The notes under the pieces: generated by a model
Told to the model about the DNA's origin: nothing
Databases searched by the model: none
Seen by the model: the letters and a program-made list of their open reading frames with translations, nothing else
Position numbers and translations under genes: made by a program
Assembly (NCBI GenBank): GCA_038056005.1
Contig: JBBUGS010000050.1
Coordinates: 1-36,089, forward strand
Length of the DNA: 36,089 nt
Direction of reading: 5' to 3'
Source: Patescibacteria group bacterium
GTDB lineage: Bacteria; Patescibacteriota; Patescibacteriia; UBA9934; CAMTUG01
In this document: positions 8,690-16,450 of the stretch, piece by piece
How positions within the stretch are numbered: the stretch's first letter is position 1
How the letters are laid out: each line of letters opens with the position of its first letter

Positions 8690-10155
8690 ACTTCTTCATC
8701 AATCGGCACAATCGGTGCAGCGGGTTTGCGACCAATAAGGCGCAGCACGTGCCGGCCATGCTCTCGGGTTAACGATCCGGTGAGAATGAGGCCGGTGACA
8801 TAGGTTACTGCTCCAACCCCGATCACCAGAAGAAAGTGCAGTTGGGACTTCAGGAGTAGAACAACCCCGCCCATCAAGGCGCCAGAAAATAAAATCGGAA
8901 GAGCGTGATTGAGAAGTTGCGTGAATCGATAGGGAATAATTTTTGGTACAAACCAGAGGCCAACCAGAAACAAAAAAGTAAAACTAATGAGCGCCGCAAT
9001 ACTAGCACCAGAAATACCATAACGCGGAATCAAAATCGCATTGGCAATAATATTAACCACCATCGTTGCCCCCATAATCGCTGTCTTGGTTGCTTGGCGA
9101 TGGGCAGCATTTAACAGTGAACCAATCGGGAAATCCACAAACAACGGCAAGAGGACAAAGATCAAAATAGTGAGTGGAACAATGGATTCGCTGTAGGTTG
9201 GGTACAGGATGGGCAATATCTTATCGGCGAGAGAGGCAATCCCAAAAACGATTGGTGCGGCAAGCAACAAGGTGTACCAAATAGCATTATCGAACACTTC
9301 TGCCGCCTCTTTGCGCTTGCCTTGTCCGAATAACGAAGAAAGTCCTGGGTAGAGCGCCCCCACAAAGGCCATAGGCAAGAACTGGAAGGCGTAGGTAACT
9401 TTGTATGCCACGGCGTAAGCCCCCACGGCCTCTTTACCGAGCAGTCGCGAAAGCATGATCGAATCTACGTACGAATACACTTTCACAAACAAGCTTGCCA
9501 GCGCGAATGCCAACGACCACTTAAGCATGATCCACGCCTGGACTTTGTCGATCATCGGGAGAATCGCCTTCTTTCCTAAGTGCTTAGCCACCCGGGTCGC
9601 TGAGTAAATAGCGTTCCAAAAGCTCCCAGCAAATAGGGCAATAATCAGTAGGGGCAATGCTGGTTGCAAAAATAAACTAATCGCTCCAATCGTGGCTGTA
9701 ATCAACTGTCCGATCATGATCCCGAGGGATTCGTAGCGGAGGTTTTGTAATCCGCGCAAGACCCCGAAGAATGTAAGCGAAATCGCATCCGCCGCCAAAA
9801 TGAGCGTCGCGAGGGCGACCAAGTAAACCACTTGCGATTCAAATCCTAAAATAACAGCCAGGCCCACCGATCCGAGCGCGCCAATCACAATCAGCGGAAT
9901 CTTTAAGCCAAGGGTTGTCCTCGTAAGGCGCACCGCGTCTTCTGGCTTTTTGGCAATCTCGCGAATCAGCACTGATGACAATCCCCAATCAGACACAACC
10001 GACAAAATCGTGGTGATTGACAAGGCCAGGAAGTAATCCCCTGTCGCCCCCTTGCCAATAGTGTTGGCAATGACGGTAAAGTAAACAAAAGAAATGCCTT
10101 TTTGGGCAATAGACGCAGCAGTCAAATAGAGTGTATTGCGGGCGATGGTCGACAT
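8686..10155 (-). CDS. oligosaccharide/polysaccharide flippase (Wzx-like, MOP superfamily)
   Basis: 489 aa with about 12-14 TM segments. The N-terminus is ARNTLYLTAASIAQKGISFVYFTVIA. It sits in an operon with the GTs. Confidence 0.85.
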   Translation of the reverse strand: MSTIARNTLYLTAASIAQKGISFVYFTVIANTIGKGATGDYFLALSITTILSVVSDWGLSSVLIREIAKKPEDAVRLTRTTLGLKIPLIVIGALGSVGLAVILGFESQVVYLVALATLILAADAISLTFFGVLRGLQNLRYESLGIMIGQLITATIGAISLFLQPALPLLIIALFAGSFWNAIYSATRVAKHLGKKAILPMIDKVQAWIMLKWSLAFALASLFVKVYSYVDSIMLSRLLGKEAVGAYAVAYKVTYAFQFLPMAFVGALYPGLSSLFGQGKRKEAAEVFDNAIWYTLLLAAPIVFGIASLADKILPILYPTYSESIVPLTILIFVLLPLFVDFPIGSLLNAAHRQATKTAIMGATMVVNIIANAILIPRYGISGASIAALISFTFLFLVGLWFVPKIIPYRFTQLLNHALPILFSGALMGGVVLLLKSQLHFLLVIGVGAVTYVTGLILTGSLTREHGRHVLRLIGRKPAAPIVPIDEEV

Positions 10156-10163
10156 GTTGACTA

Positions 10164-10255
10164 AGCAACAAACTGAGCGAATGCCTGCCAGGTCCCCTTT
10201 TTTGCTGTCACGAAGTGCAGAAAAAAGGGTGGCAGGCCTAAGCCAGTTTGTTGCT
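10164..10255. other. 92-nt three-helix imperfect palindrome (structured element) immediately upstream of the flippase start
   Basis: Outer 12-bp stem AGCAACAAACTG (10164-10175) / CAGTTTGTTGCT (10244-10255). Middle 8-bp stem GCCTGCCA (10183-10190) / TGGCAGGC (10230-10237). Inner 9-bp stem CCCTTTTTT (10195-10203) / AAAAAAGGG (10221-10229). Confidence 0.6.
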
Positions 10256-10278
10256 ATTAGGTTGATGCTATTCTAACA

Positions 10279-10308
10279 CAAAAGCAAAAGGCGGGGTTGC
10301 CCCCGCCC
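10279..10308 (-). terminator. rho-independent terminator after rpsI
   Basis: The minus strand reads GGGCGGGG-CAAC-CCCCGCC followed by TTTTGCTTTTGTGTT. This is a 7-bp GC stem (10290-10296 / 10301-10307). Confidence 0.75.
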
Positions 10309-10325
10309 ATTGTGCTCCACGGTGG

Positions 10326-10751
10326 TTAGCGCTTAGACCATTGTGGCGATCGGCGAGCCGAGCGTTTGCCGGGCTTCTTGCGTTCGCGGCGACGTGAGTC
10401 GCGGGTCATGAATCCCTCTTTTTTGAGCGATGATTTGAGATCTGCGTCTTCCATTACGAGGCCGCGTGAAATCCCCAGGCGAACTGCCTCGGCTTGGCCA
10501 GTGATTCCTCCGCCAACAACCTTCACCTGAATGTTGAATGATTCTTTGCGACCAGTGGTGTTCAAGGGAGCCATCACCTTTTCTTGAAGTTTCAAGAGAG
10601 GAAAGTAGACAGCGAGTTCCTTGTCGTTCACAAGCACTTTTCCCTTCCCTTGGCCCGGGAACATGCGCACACGAGCGATGGCGCGCTTACGGCGGCCAAC
10701 GGACTCGGTATACTTGCCTTCAAAGACGTTAGTTTTCGTTGCTGATTCCAT
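10326..10751 (-). CDS. rpsI: 30S ribosomal protein S9
   Basis: GRRKRAIARVRM, the GGGITGQAEAVRLGISRGL motif, and a basic C-terminus ending in KR. Confidence 0.97.
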   Translation of the reverse strand: MESATKTNVFEGKYTESVGRRKRAIARVRMFPGQGKGKVLVNDKELAVYFPLLKLQEKVMAPLNTTGRKESFNIQVKVVGGGITGQAEAVRLGISRGLVMEDADLKSSLKKEGFMTRDSRRRERKKPGKRSARRSPQWSKR

Positions 10752-10753
10752 AA

Positions 10754-11113
10754 TTACGAGATCTTCAAGCGTTTCATCCGATCGGTATGCAAACGATTTT
10801 TAGGCATCATGTTTTGCACGGCGCGACGCAAGACATCGGCTGGGTCTTTCTCCCAGATCTCGCGAAGAGTGCGTTCCTGCAAATGACCAGGATGCATGGT
10901 GTGATGATAGTAAATCTTGTCAGTCATCTTTTTGGCTGGAATCGAGAGTTTGGTGATGTTCTCGACCACAACAATATCGCCGCCATCAATGTGTGGGAGA
11001 TAGGTGGCTTTGTGCTTGCCCATCAAAGTCTTCGCAACCTGCGTTGCTAAGCGTCCGATCGCTTGGCCGGTCGCGTCAAAGGTGATGGTATTTTGCGTGG
11101 TCGTCGTTGTCAT
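10754..11113 (-). CDS. rplM: 50S ribosomal protein L13
   Basis: GRLATQVAKTLMGKHKATYLPHIDGGDIVVVEN. I chose the ATG at 11113, one nt after the rplQ stop. The ORF-track TTG start at 11128 would overlap rplQ. Confidence 0.95.
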   Translation of the reverse strand: MTTTTTQNTITFDATGQAIGRLATQVAKTLMGKHKATYLPHIDGGDIVVVENITKLSIPAKKMTDKIYYHHTMHPGHLQERTLREIWEKDPADVLRRAVQNMMPKNRLHTDRMKRLKIS

Positions 11114-11114
11114 A

Positions 11115-11468
11115 TTAAACAAATTCAATCTGAGCCATTTGCGCGCCGTCGCCTTTGCGCGGCCCCATCTTCACAATGCGGGTGTAACCGCCCTTGCGAG
11201 ATTTGTAGCGGGGCGCCAAGACTTCAAGCAGTTTCTTGACCGGCAATTCTTGCTGGCCAAAGAAACGGAGTAACTCGCGGCGGTTATGAAGCGTAGCTTC
11301 TTTGCCTCGGGTCACGAGCTTTTCAACCATTGGTTTGATCGCTTTGGCCTTTGCTTCGGTGGTTTGCACCTTTTCGTATAGGACCACATCCAATGCAAGC
11401 CCCTTCAAGAGCGCTGTGCGTGGCCCAATTTCGCGGTCAAAGACTTTTCCAGAATTGCGATGGCGCAT
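11115..11468 (-). CDS. rplQ: 50S ribosomal protein L17
   Basis: MRHRNSGKVFDR...LYEKVQTTEAKAKA...GGYTRIVKMGPRKGDGA. Confidence 0.95.
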   Translation of the reverse strand: MRHRNSGKVFDREIGPRTALLKGLALDVVLYEKVQTTEAKAKAIKPMVEKLVTRGKEATLHNRRELLRFFGQQELPVKKLLEVLAPRYKSRKGGYTRIVKMGPRKGDGAQMAQIEFV

Positions 11469-11474
11469 AAGGTT

Positions 11475-12179
11475 TTATTCAGCGGCCGGGGCCTCAAGCT
11501 TTTCAGCAATCAAGTTATAGTGGTCAAGCAAAATTGCTACCGATTGTTTGACCGCCTCTTGTGGAGTGATCGTGCCGTCGGTTTCAATTTTCATGATCAG
11601 CTTGTCGTAGTCAGTGATTTCGCCAACGCGGGTTGGTTCCACTTTGAAGCCAACGTTGCGCACGGGCGAGAACAACGAGTCGATGGCGATCTGTCCGATT
11701 TCGCCGCTAGGCTCTCGCTCTTCGGTTGGTGAGTAGCCGCGTCCACGTCCGACCGTGACTTCCAGTTCAAATTCACTCTTCTCGTCGGTGACGGTGGCGA
11801 TGTGCAAATCTGGATTCATGATTTCGACGTCGGCGTTGGCTTCAAAATCTGCGCCCGTCGCTGGACCTTGTCCGGATTTCTTGAGGGTGAGCTTCACCGG
11901 GTTCTCGCTGTGAAGCTTCAAGCGCAGGCCCTTCAAGTTCAAAATAATCTGCAAGGCGTCTTCAAGCACACCCGTGACTGCCGTGAACTCGTGCTGGACA
12001 CCCTTAATTTTGACCGAGGTCACAGCGGCGCCAGAAAGTGAGGACAAGAGCACGCGACGCAGGGCGTTGCCGACGGTGCGTCCATAACCGTAGAAAAACG
12101 GTTCGATCACTAAAGTCGCCTCGGCGGGAGTAGAGCCGGGCAGGAAGGTGATCGTTGATGGAAGCAAAATATTCTCCAT
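11475..12179 (-). CDS. rpoA: DNA-directed RNA polymerase subunit alpha, N-terminal (assembly) domain only
   Basis: GYGRTVGNALRRVLLSSLSGAAVTSVKIKGVQHEF is typical of the alpha NTD. The ORF is only 234 aa and stops 6 nt before rplQ, so there is no room for the linker and CTD. Confidence 0.92.
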   Translation of the reverse strand: MENILLPSTITFLPGSTPAEATLVIEPFFYGYGRTVGNALRRVLLSSLSGAAVTSVKIKGVQHEFTAVTGVLEDALQIILNLKGLRLKLHSENPVKLTLKKSGQGPATGADFEANADVEIMNPDLHIATVTDEKSEFELEVTVGRGRGYSPTEEREPSGEIGQIAIDSLFSPVRNVGFKVEPTRVGEITDYDKLIMKIETDGTITPQEAVKQSVAILLDHYNLIAEKLEAPAAE

Positions 12180-12188
12180 AGGGTTTGT

Positions 12189-12806
12189 TTACGTTCGGGA
12201 GTAGAACTCCACGATTAATTTCGGATCAAACACGGTTTTTAAATCTTCCCCTTCTGGCGAAGAAATAACTTTTCCAGAAAACGCCTTGCCTTCAACCGTC
12301 AACCAAGATGGCGGTTGCACATGCTGCATGCGTTCTGAAAAGTCGTTCAGCAAGCCTTTCTTTTGCTTGATTTCGCGGATCCCGACCACATCACCCACGC
12401 GGGCCTGGTACGAGGGAATGTCGAGCTTTTTGCCGTTGACTTCAATGAAGCCGTGGCTCACCATTTGACGCGCTTGGCGACGGGTCTTGGCGAATCCAAG
12501 CCGGTACACCACGTTATCCAAACGGGTTTCAAGCAATTGCAGCATGAAAATTCCCGTGTCACCCTTCATCTTAGTGGCGTGCACAAAGTAGTTGCGGAAT
12601 TGAGTTTCCATGATGTTGTACAAACGCTTGGCCTTTTGTTTTTCACGGAGCTGAATGCCATAGCCAGACAAGCGCGAGCGACCAGCGGTTGGACCATGAA
12701 CTCCCGGTGGGAATGGGCGGCGCTTGAACGCGCACTTTTCCTTACCACAAAGGGAAACACCTTCGCGGCGGCACATTTTACACGTTGCTTTGAGCGTCTT
12801 TCCCAT
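12189..12806 (-). CDS. rpsD: 30S ribosomal protein S4
   Basis: CKMCRREGVSLCGKEKCAF zinc-ribbon type N-terminus, YGIQLREKQKAKRLY, and an S4 domain. Confidence 0.97.
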   Translation of the reverse strand: MGKTLKATCKMCRREGVSLCGKEKCAFKRRPFPPGVHGPTAGRSRLSGYGIQLREKQKAKRLYNIMETQFRNYFVHATKMKGDTGIFMLQLLETRLDNVVYRLGFAKTRRQARQMVSHGFIEVNGKKLDIPSYQARVGDVVGIREIKQKKGLLNDFSERMQHVQPPSWLTVEGKAFSGKVISSPEGEDLKTVFDPKLIVEFYSRT

Positions 12807-12811
12807 AGGAA

Positions 12812-13288
12812 TTACATGCGGCGGCGGCCAGCCAAACGGCAGCCGTTATGCGGCACAGGGGTTTCATCTTTAATCGATAATACATTGAATCCGTTGGCGT
12901 TTAAGGCGCGCAGAGCTGAATCACGGCCAGCTCCGATCCCTTTCACATACACCGCCAATTCCTTGAGTCCCATTTCCGCCACTTTGTCAGCCACGGTTTT
13001 CACAATCGTGCTTGCGGCGTAAGGGGTTGCTTTTTTGGGACCTGAGAAACCACAGTGACCAGCGCTCGCCCAGGCCAAGGTGTTGCCGTTGGCGTCGGTC
13101 AAGGTCACGATGGTGTTGTTGAAGGTTGATTGGATGTAGGCTCGGCCTTGGCTTACTTTTCGGACAGCCTTTTTCTTGCCAGCGACTTTTTTGGTCGGCT
13201 TGCCTTTAGCTTTTGGGGCATCAGAAGCAGCCTCCGTAACTGGAGCTGCAGACGTTTCTTCAACAGATGTCTTTACTTCGTCTTCCAT
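12812..13288 (-). CDS. rpsK: 30S ribosomal protein S11 with a Lys/Ala-rich N-terminal extension
   Basis: GRAYIQSTFNNTIVTLTDANGNTLAWASAG...TPVPHNGCRLAGRRR. Confidence 0.95.
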   Translation of the reverse strand: MEDEVKTSVEETSAAPVTEAASDAPKAKGKPTKKVAGKKKAVRKVSQGRAYIQSTFNNTIVTLTDANGNTLAWASAGHCGFSGPKKATPYAASTIVKTVADKVAEMGLKELAVYVKGIGAGRDSALRALNANGFNVLSIKDETPVPHNGCRLAGRRRM

Positions 13289-13295
13289 AGCAATA

Positions 13296-13682
13296 TTATG
13301 TCTTGGTCAAAATACGGCGACCTGAGCGCATCGTCTTGCGGACATTTCCACGCACGGTGCGTGAATTGGTCTTCGAACGCTGACCGCGAGCTGGCAAACG
13401 CTTCATGTGGCGCGTGCCGCGGTAGCTGCCGATCTCTTTCAAGCGTTTAATGTGCGCCTGCACATCGCGGCGCAATTCACCTTCTACACGGAAACCTTTT
13501 TCTACCAAATCGCGGACTTTGTTGACCTGCTCTTCTGACAGGTCTTTCACACGGACGGTCTTTGCGACACCAGCCTTCTCACAGATTTGAGCAGCGCGGG
13601 TATCGCCAATACCGTAAATGTAGGTGAGGGCGATGCTCACTTGCTTATTGGTGGGAATAGTGACTCCAGCAATACGTGCCAT
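13296..13682 (-). CDS. rpsM: 30S ribosomal protein S13
   Basis: [26 protein letters not shown]...[20 protein letters not shown]. Confidence 0.97.
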   Translation of the reverse strand: MARIAGVTIPTNKQVSIALTYIYGIGDTRAAQICEKAGVAKTVRVKDLSEEQVNKVRDLVEKGFRVEGELRRDVQAHIKRLKEIGSYRGTRHMKRLPARGQRSKTNSRTVRGNVRKTMRSGRRILTKT

Positions 13683-13684
13683 AA

Positions 13685-13798
13685 TTATCCTTGTCGTTGC
13701 TTGTGCTTAGGAATCTTGCAAATAACATGAACCCGTCCGCGGCGGCGAATCACCCGGCAGTCTCGGCAGAACGGTTTTACAGACGTGCGGACTTTCAT
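13685..13798 (-). CDS. rpmJ: 50S ribosomal protein L36
   Basis: Not in the ORF track because it is under 60 aa. My translation of the minus strand is [37 protein letters not shown]. It sits in the canonical position between infA and rpsM. Confidence 0.93.
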   Translation of the reverse strand: MKVRTSVKPFCRDCRVIRRRGRVHVICKIPKHKQRQG

Positions 13799-13799
13799 A

Positions 13800-14027
13800 T
13801 TACATGCGATAGGTGACGCGGCCTTTGGTTAAATCGTAGGGACTCATTTCAACTTTGACGTGATCGCCTGGCAAGACCTTGATGCGGTTCATACGCATCT
13901 TGCCGGACATGTGGGCGATAATTTCCTGATCATTATCTAGGCGAACACGCAGCTTCGCTCCGGGAAGAAGTTCTTTGACTTCCCCCTCCATCTCGATGAA
14001 CTGTTTTGAGTCTGAATTCTCTTGCAT
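13800..14027 (-). CDS. infA: translation initiation factor IF-1
   Basis: [63 protein letters not shown] is an S1-like OB fold. Confidence 0.95.
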   Translation of the reverse strand: MQENSDSKQFIEMEGEVKELLPGAKLRVRLDNDQEIIAHMSGKMRMNRIKVLPGDHVKVEMSPYDLTKGRVTYRM

Positions 14028-14059
14028 GGGAGCCGAAAAGCGATACGCTCGTGGCCGGT

Positions 14060-14088
14060 ATAGTAGCGAAACCGCGTAAAAGTGTCAA
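14060..14088 (-). promoter_or_regulatory. putative sigma70-type promoter for the infA-ribosomal operon
   Basis: Minus strand: TTGACA (14088-14083), a 17-nt spacer, then TACTAT (14065-14060). It lies upstream of the infA ATG at 14027. Confidence 0.5.
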
Positions 14089-14135
14089 ATGGTAGAACAA
14101 CCGAGGATGGCCAGCGGCCACTCGGAAGGTTAGAA

Positions 14136-16013
14136 TTACTCTAATATGGCTTTAATTCGCCTAATTCCAGCCGATGAGGCTTCTTCTTTGGCGATCGTGA
14201 AATGACCCATGGTTCCCGTTTGATCCACATGGGGCCCCCCGCAAATTTCCTTGCTGAAGTAGCCCTTCATGTCGTCACCCACAAAGTATACCTTAATTTG
14301 GTCTCCAAGTTGAGCGTACTTATCCTCAAACAAGCCGATCGCCCCACGGGCCTTGGCTTCTTCAACCGTGAGCATTTCAAAGTGGACAGGAAGATCTTTT
14401 TTGATTTGCTCGTTGACAATATCTTCTGTGGCTTTGATTTGCTCTGCTGTCATTTTTTCTCCGTGCGAGAAGTCGAAGCGGAGACGCTCTGGAGTGATGT
14501 TTGATCCTCGTTGCTCGACGTGATCGCCGAGGACTGTGCGAAGTGCCTGATGGAGCAAGTGGGTTGCGGTGTGATATTTGACCGATTGTTCTGAGGTGTC
14601 AGCAAGTCCGCCAGCGAATTTCTTTTCTGAACCAGCTCGGGAGAGGTCTTGGTGCTTCTTAAACTCTGCTTCAAAGGCGGTTTTATCGACCTCTTGTCCT
14701 TTCTCTCGCGCCAGTTCCTCGGTGAGCTCCCATGGGAAGCCGTAGGATTGATAGAGATTAAAGGCGTCGATGCCGCTCACGGACCCTTGAGCACTGAAAA
14801 GCTTTTCAAATTCCTTAAGGCCTTTGTCCAAAGACTGACGGAACTTCTGTTCCTCTTTGGTGAGTTCGGTCATGACCATATCCTTCTTTGTAAGGAGTTC
14901 TGGATAAGCTCCTTCATAGGTCTGCACATACGCTTCGGCCACACTGGCAGCAAAGTTCTCTTTGACTCCAAGTTTGTGGGCAAAGCGCACCGATCTACGG
15001 ATTAAGCGACGGACGAAATAGCCCTGATCTTTGTTGGATGGGACGATCCCATCGGCAATCAAGAACGTGGCTGCGCGCAGATGGTCGGCGATGACCCGCA
15101 TTGGTGCTGGTTCATCGCCGTAACGCTTGCCCGAGAGAGTCTCAAGGGTCTGAATGACGGGCGCAAAAAAACTAATCCGGAACATGTCCCCGCTTCCCTC
15201 TTCCGCAGCGGCGATGCGCTCCAGGCCTGAGCCGTGATCAATATTTGGTTTCTGAAGAGGAATAAACTTCCCTTCCGCTTCTTTACGATAGGTCATGAAT
15301 ACATTATTGCCGATCTCCATGAAGCGACCGCAATCACAATTAGGATGGCAATTCTTGCCGAAACGCTCGTCGTGGGGCGTTCCGAAATCGAAGAACATCT
15401 CCGAGTCTGGTCCGCAGGGATCTCCGACCGGGGTTGTGTCGGGTCCGCCATTACGGCTCCACCAGTTTTTCTTGCCGTCGTAGTAGAAAATGCGCTCGTC
15501 TGACTTCATCCCGCGATCGCTGCCGGCTTCCTGGGAACCAATGTCGGCAATTTCAGCTGTAATTTTCTTTTCTGCAAATAGCTTCTGCCAGATTTCCGCG
15601 GCTTCGGTATCTTTTGGAATATCGTATTCGGGAGCGCCGATGAAGCAAGTTACATACAGCTTCTCTGGATCCAAACCTACGACCTCGGTCAAAAACTCAA
15701 ACATCCATGGAATTTGTTCTTTCTTGAAGTAATCACCGAGCGACCAGTTGCCGAGCATTTCAAAAAAGGTCGTATGGCGATTGTCTCCGACTTCTTCAAT
15801 ATCCTTAGCACGGAAACACTTTTGGGAGTCAGCGAGCCGCGTCCCTTGGGGATGAGCTTCACCAAGCAAAAACGGCACCATCGGCTGCATCCCTGAGCCT
15901 GTAAACAAGGTGGTGGGATCGTTCTCGGGCACCAATTTTGCGGAAGGAAGGACCACGTGCCCTTTGGACTTGAAGAAATCTAAATACTTTTGACGGATTT
16001 CATGAGCAGTCAT
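14136..16013 (-). CDS. alaS: alanine--tRNA ligase, catalytic and editing domains, no C-Ala domain
   Basis: The N-terminus is IRQKYLDFFKSKGHVVLPSAKLVPENDPTTLFTGSGMQ. The editing domain carries HTATHLLHQALR and CGGPHV. The protein ends at 625 aa, right after the editing domain. Confidence 0.95.
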   Translation of the reverse strand: MTAHEIRQKYLDFFKSKGHVVLPSAKLVPENDPTTLFTGSGMQPMVPFLLGEAHPQGTRLADSQKCFRAKDIEEVGDNRHTTFFEMLGNWSLGDYFKKEQIPWMFEFLTEVVGLDPEKLYVTCFIGAPEYDIPKDTEAAEIWQKLFAEKKITAEIADIGSQEAGSDRGMKSDERIFYYDGKKNWWSRNGGPDTTPVGDPCGPDSEMFFDFGTPHDERFGKNCHPNCDCGRFMEIGNNVFMTYRKEAEGKFIPLQKPNIDHGSGLERIAAAEEGSGDMFRISFFAPVIQTLETLSGKRYGDEPAPMRVIADHLRAATFLIADGIVPSNKDQGYFVRRLIRRSVRFAHKLGVKENFAASVAEAYVQTYEGAYPELLTKKDMVMTELTKEEQKFRQSLDKGLKEFEKLFSAQGSVSGIDAFNLYQSYGFPWELTEELAREKGQEVDKTAFEAEFKKHQDLSRAGSEKKFAGGLADTSEQSVKYHTATHLLHQALRTVLGDHVEQRGSNITPERLRFDFSHGEKMTAEQIKATEDIVNEQIKKDLPVHFEMLTVEEAKARGAIGLFEDKYAQLGDQIKVYFVGDDMKGYFSKEICGGPHVDQTGTMGHFTIAKEEASSAGIRRIKAILE

Positions 16014-16022
16014 AGTGCGATT

Positions 16023-16051
16023 ACTCTACTGGATAGCGTTGGCTTTTTCAA
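16023..16051 (-). promoter_or_regulatory. putative near-leaderless promoter of alaS
   Basis: Minus strand: TTGAAA (16051-16046), a 17-nt spacer, then TAGAGT (16028-16023). Only 9 nt (aatcgcact) follow before the alaS ATG. Confidence 0.45.
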
Positions 16052-16058
16052 CACAGTG

Positions 16059-16087
16059 TTGACTCAAGGCCGCTCGGGTTCTAGGAT
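16059..16087 (+). promoter_or_regulatory. putative promoter of GC-rich cassette A, divergent from the alaS promoter
   Basis: TTGACT (16059-16064), a 17-nt spacer, then TAGGAT (16082-16087). GGAG at 16101-16104 and ATG at 16111 follow. Confidence 0.45.
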
Positions 16088-16110
16088 AAAATAAGATCGC
16101 GGAGTTCGTG

Positions 16111-16392
16111 ATGATGGCATTTCATTATCCTGTCGGCGTGACACTCATTTGGGATCTGTCGATGCCTGACGTCGAGCAGGCCCTCCCCTGGCTCCTCGGC
16201 CGCTTCGGAGAAGGGCCGTTCGTGGTCTTCGCTGCTCGCTACGTGTATCGCTGCGTCCTTTGCGCAGCCGAAGGCGAAGAGAGGCACAGTGCCGACTGCC
16301 GCGGAATCGCCGATGGTCGATGGGTGGAACAAGTCGCCGTCCTGGCGACGCCGATTTGGATCGATGCCGAGCGCCTGTGCCTGGCCGTCTAG
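16111..16392 (+). CDS. hypothetical small protein in GC-rich cassette A (93 aa, hydrophobic, 4 Cys, 5 Trp)
   Basis: About 72% GC in a hand-counted 60-nt line. An SD (GGAG) lies 6 nt before the ATG, a promoter lies upstream, and a hairpin plus T-run lies downstream. A codon-for-codon antisense ORF (16081..16425, minus strand, GTG start) is a mutually exclusive alternative. I prefer the plus strand because the minus frame would need Pro CCA x4-5 and Ile ATA x2, which are atypical for GC-rich coding sequence. No family is recognised. Confidence 0.45.
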   Translation: MMAFHYPVGVTLIWDLSMPDVEQALPWLLGRFGEGPFVVFAARYVYRCVLCAAEGEERHSADCRGIADGRWVEQVAVLATPIWIDAERLCLAV

Positions 16393-16412
16393 GCAACTCA
16401 GATCGCGACTGC

Positions 16413-16450
16413 GACCCCGGGGCACTCTCGCTCCGGGTGTCCTGCTTTTT
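16413..16450 (+). terminator. putative intrinsic terminator of cassette A
   Basis: Stem GACCCCGG (16413-16420) pairs with CCGGG(T)GTC (16433-16441) with one bulge. The loop is 12 nt and is followed by CTGCTTTTT. There is no T-run on the minus strand. Confidence 0.45.

Noticed and set aside
12363-13022. 219-aa plus-strand ORF across the rpsD/rpsK region
   Set aside because: It lies fully antisense to two unmistakable ribosomal protein genes. Its translation is low-complexity with no motifs. It is a shadow ORF.
16014-16051. T-box leader upstream of alaS, or an FMN riboswitch upstream of the rib operon (26229-26266)
   Set aside because: Only about 9 nt separate the candidate -10 hexamer from the ATG in both cases. 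There is no room for a 150-250 nt leader RNA.
16081-16425. 114-aa minus-strand ORF (GTG start) mirroring cassette A
   Set aside because: It is not fully excluded, because it has a possible GGAG and could be read through from murJ. It is disfavoured for four reasons. It would use Pro CCA x4-5 and Ile ATA x2. It has low hydrophobic content. Its start lies inside the plus-strand terminator hairpin. The plus ORF has a complete set of promoter, SD and terminator.
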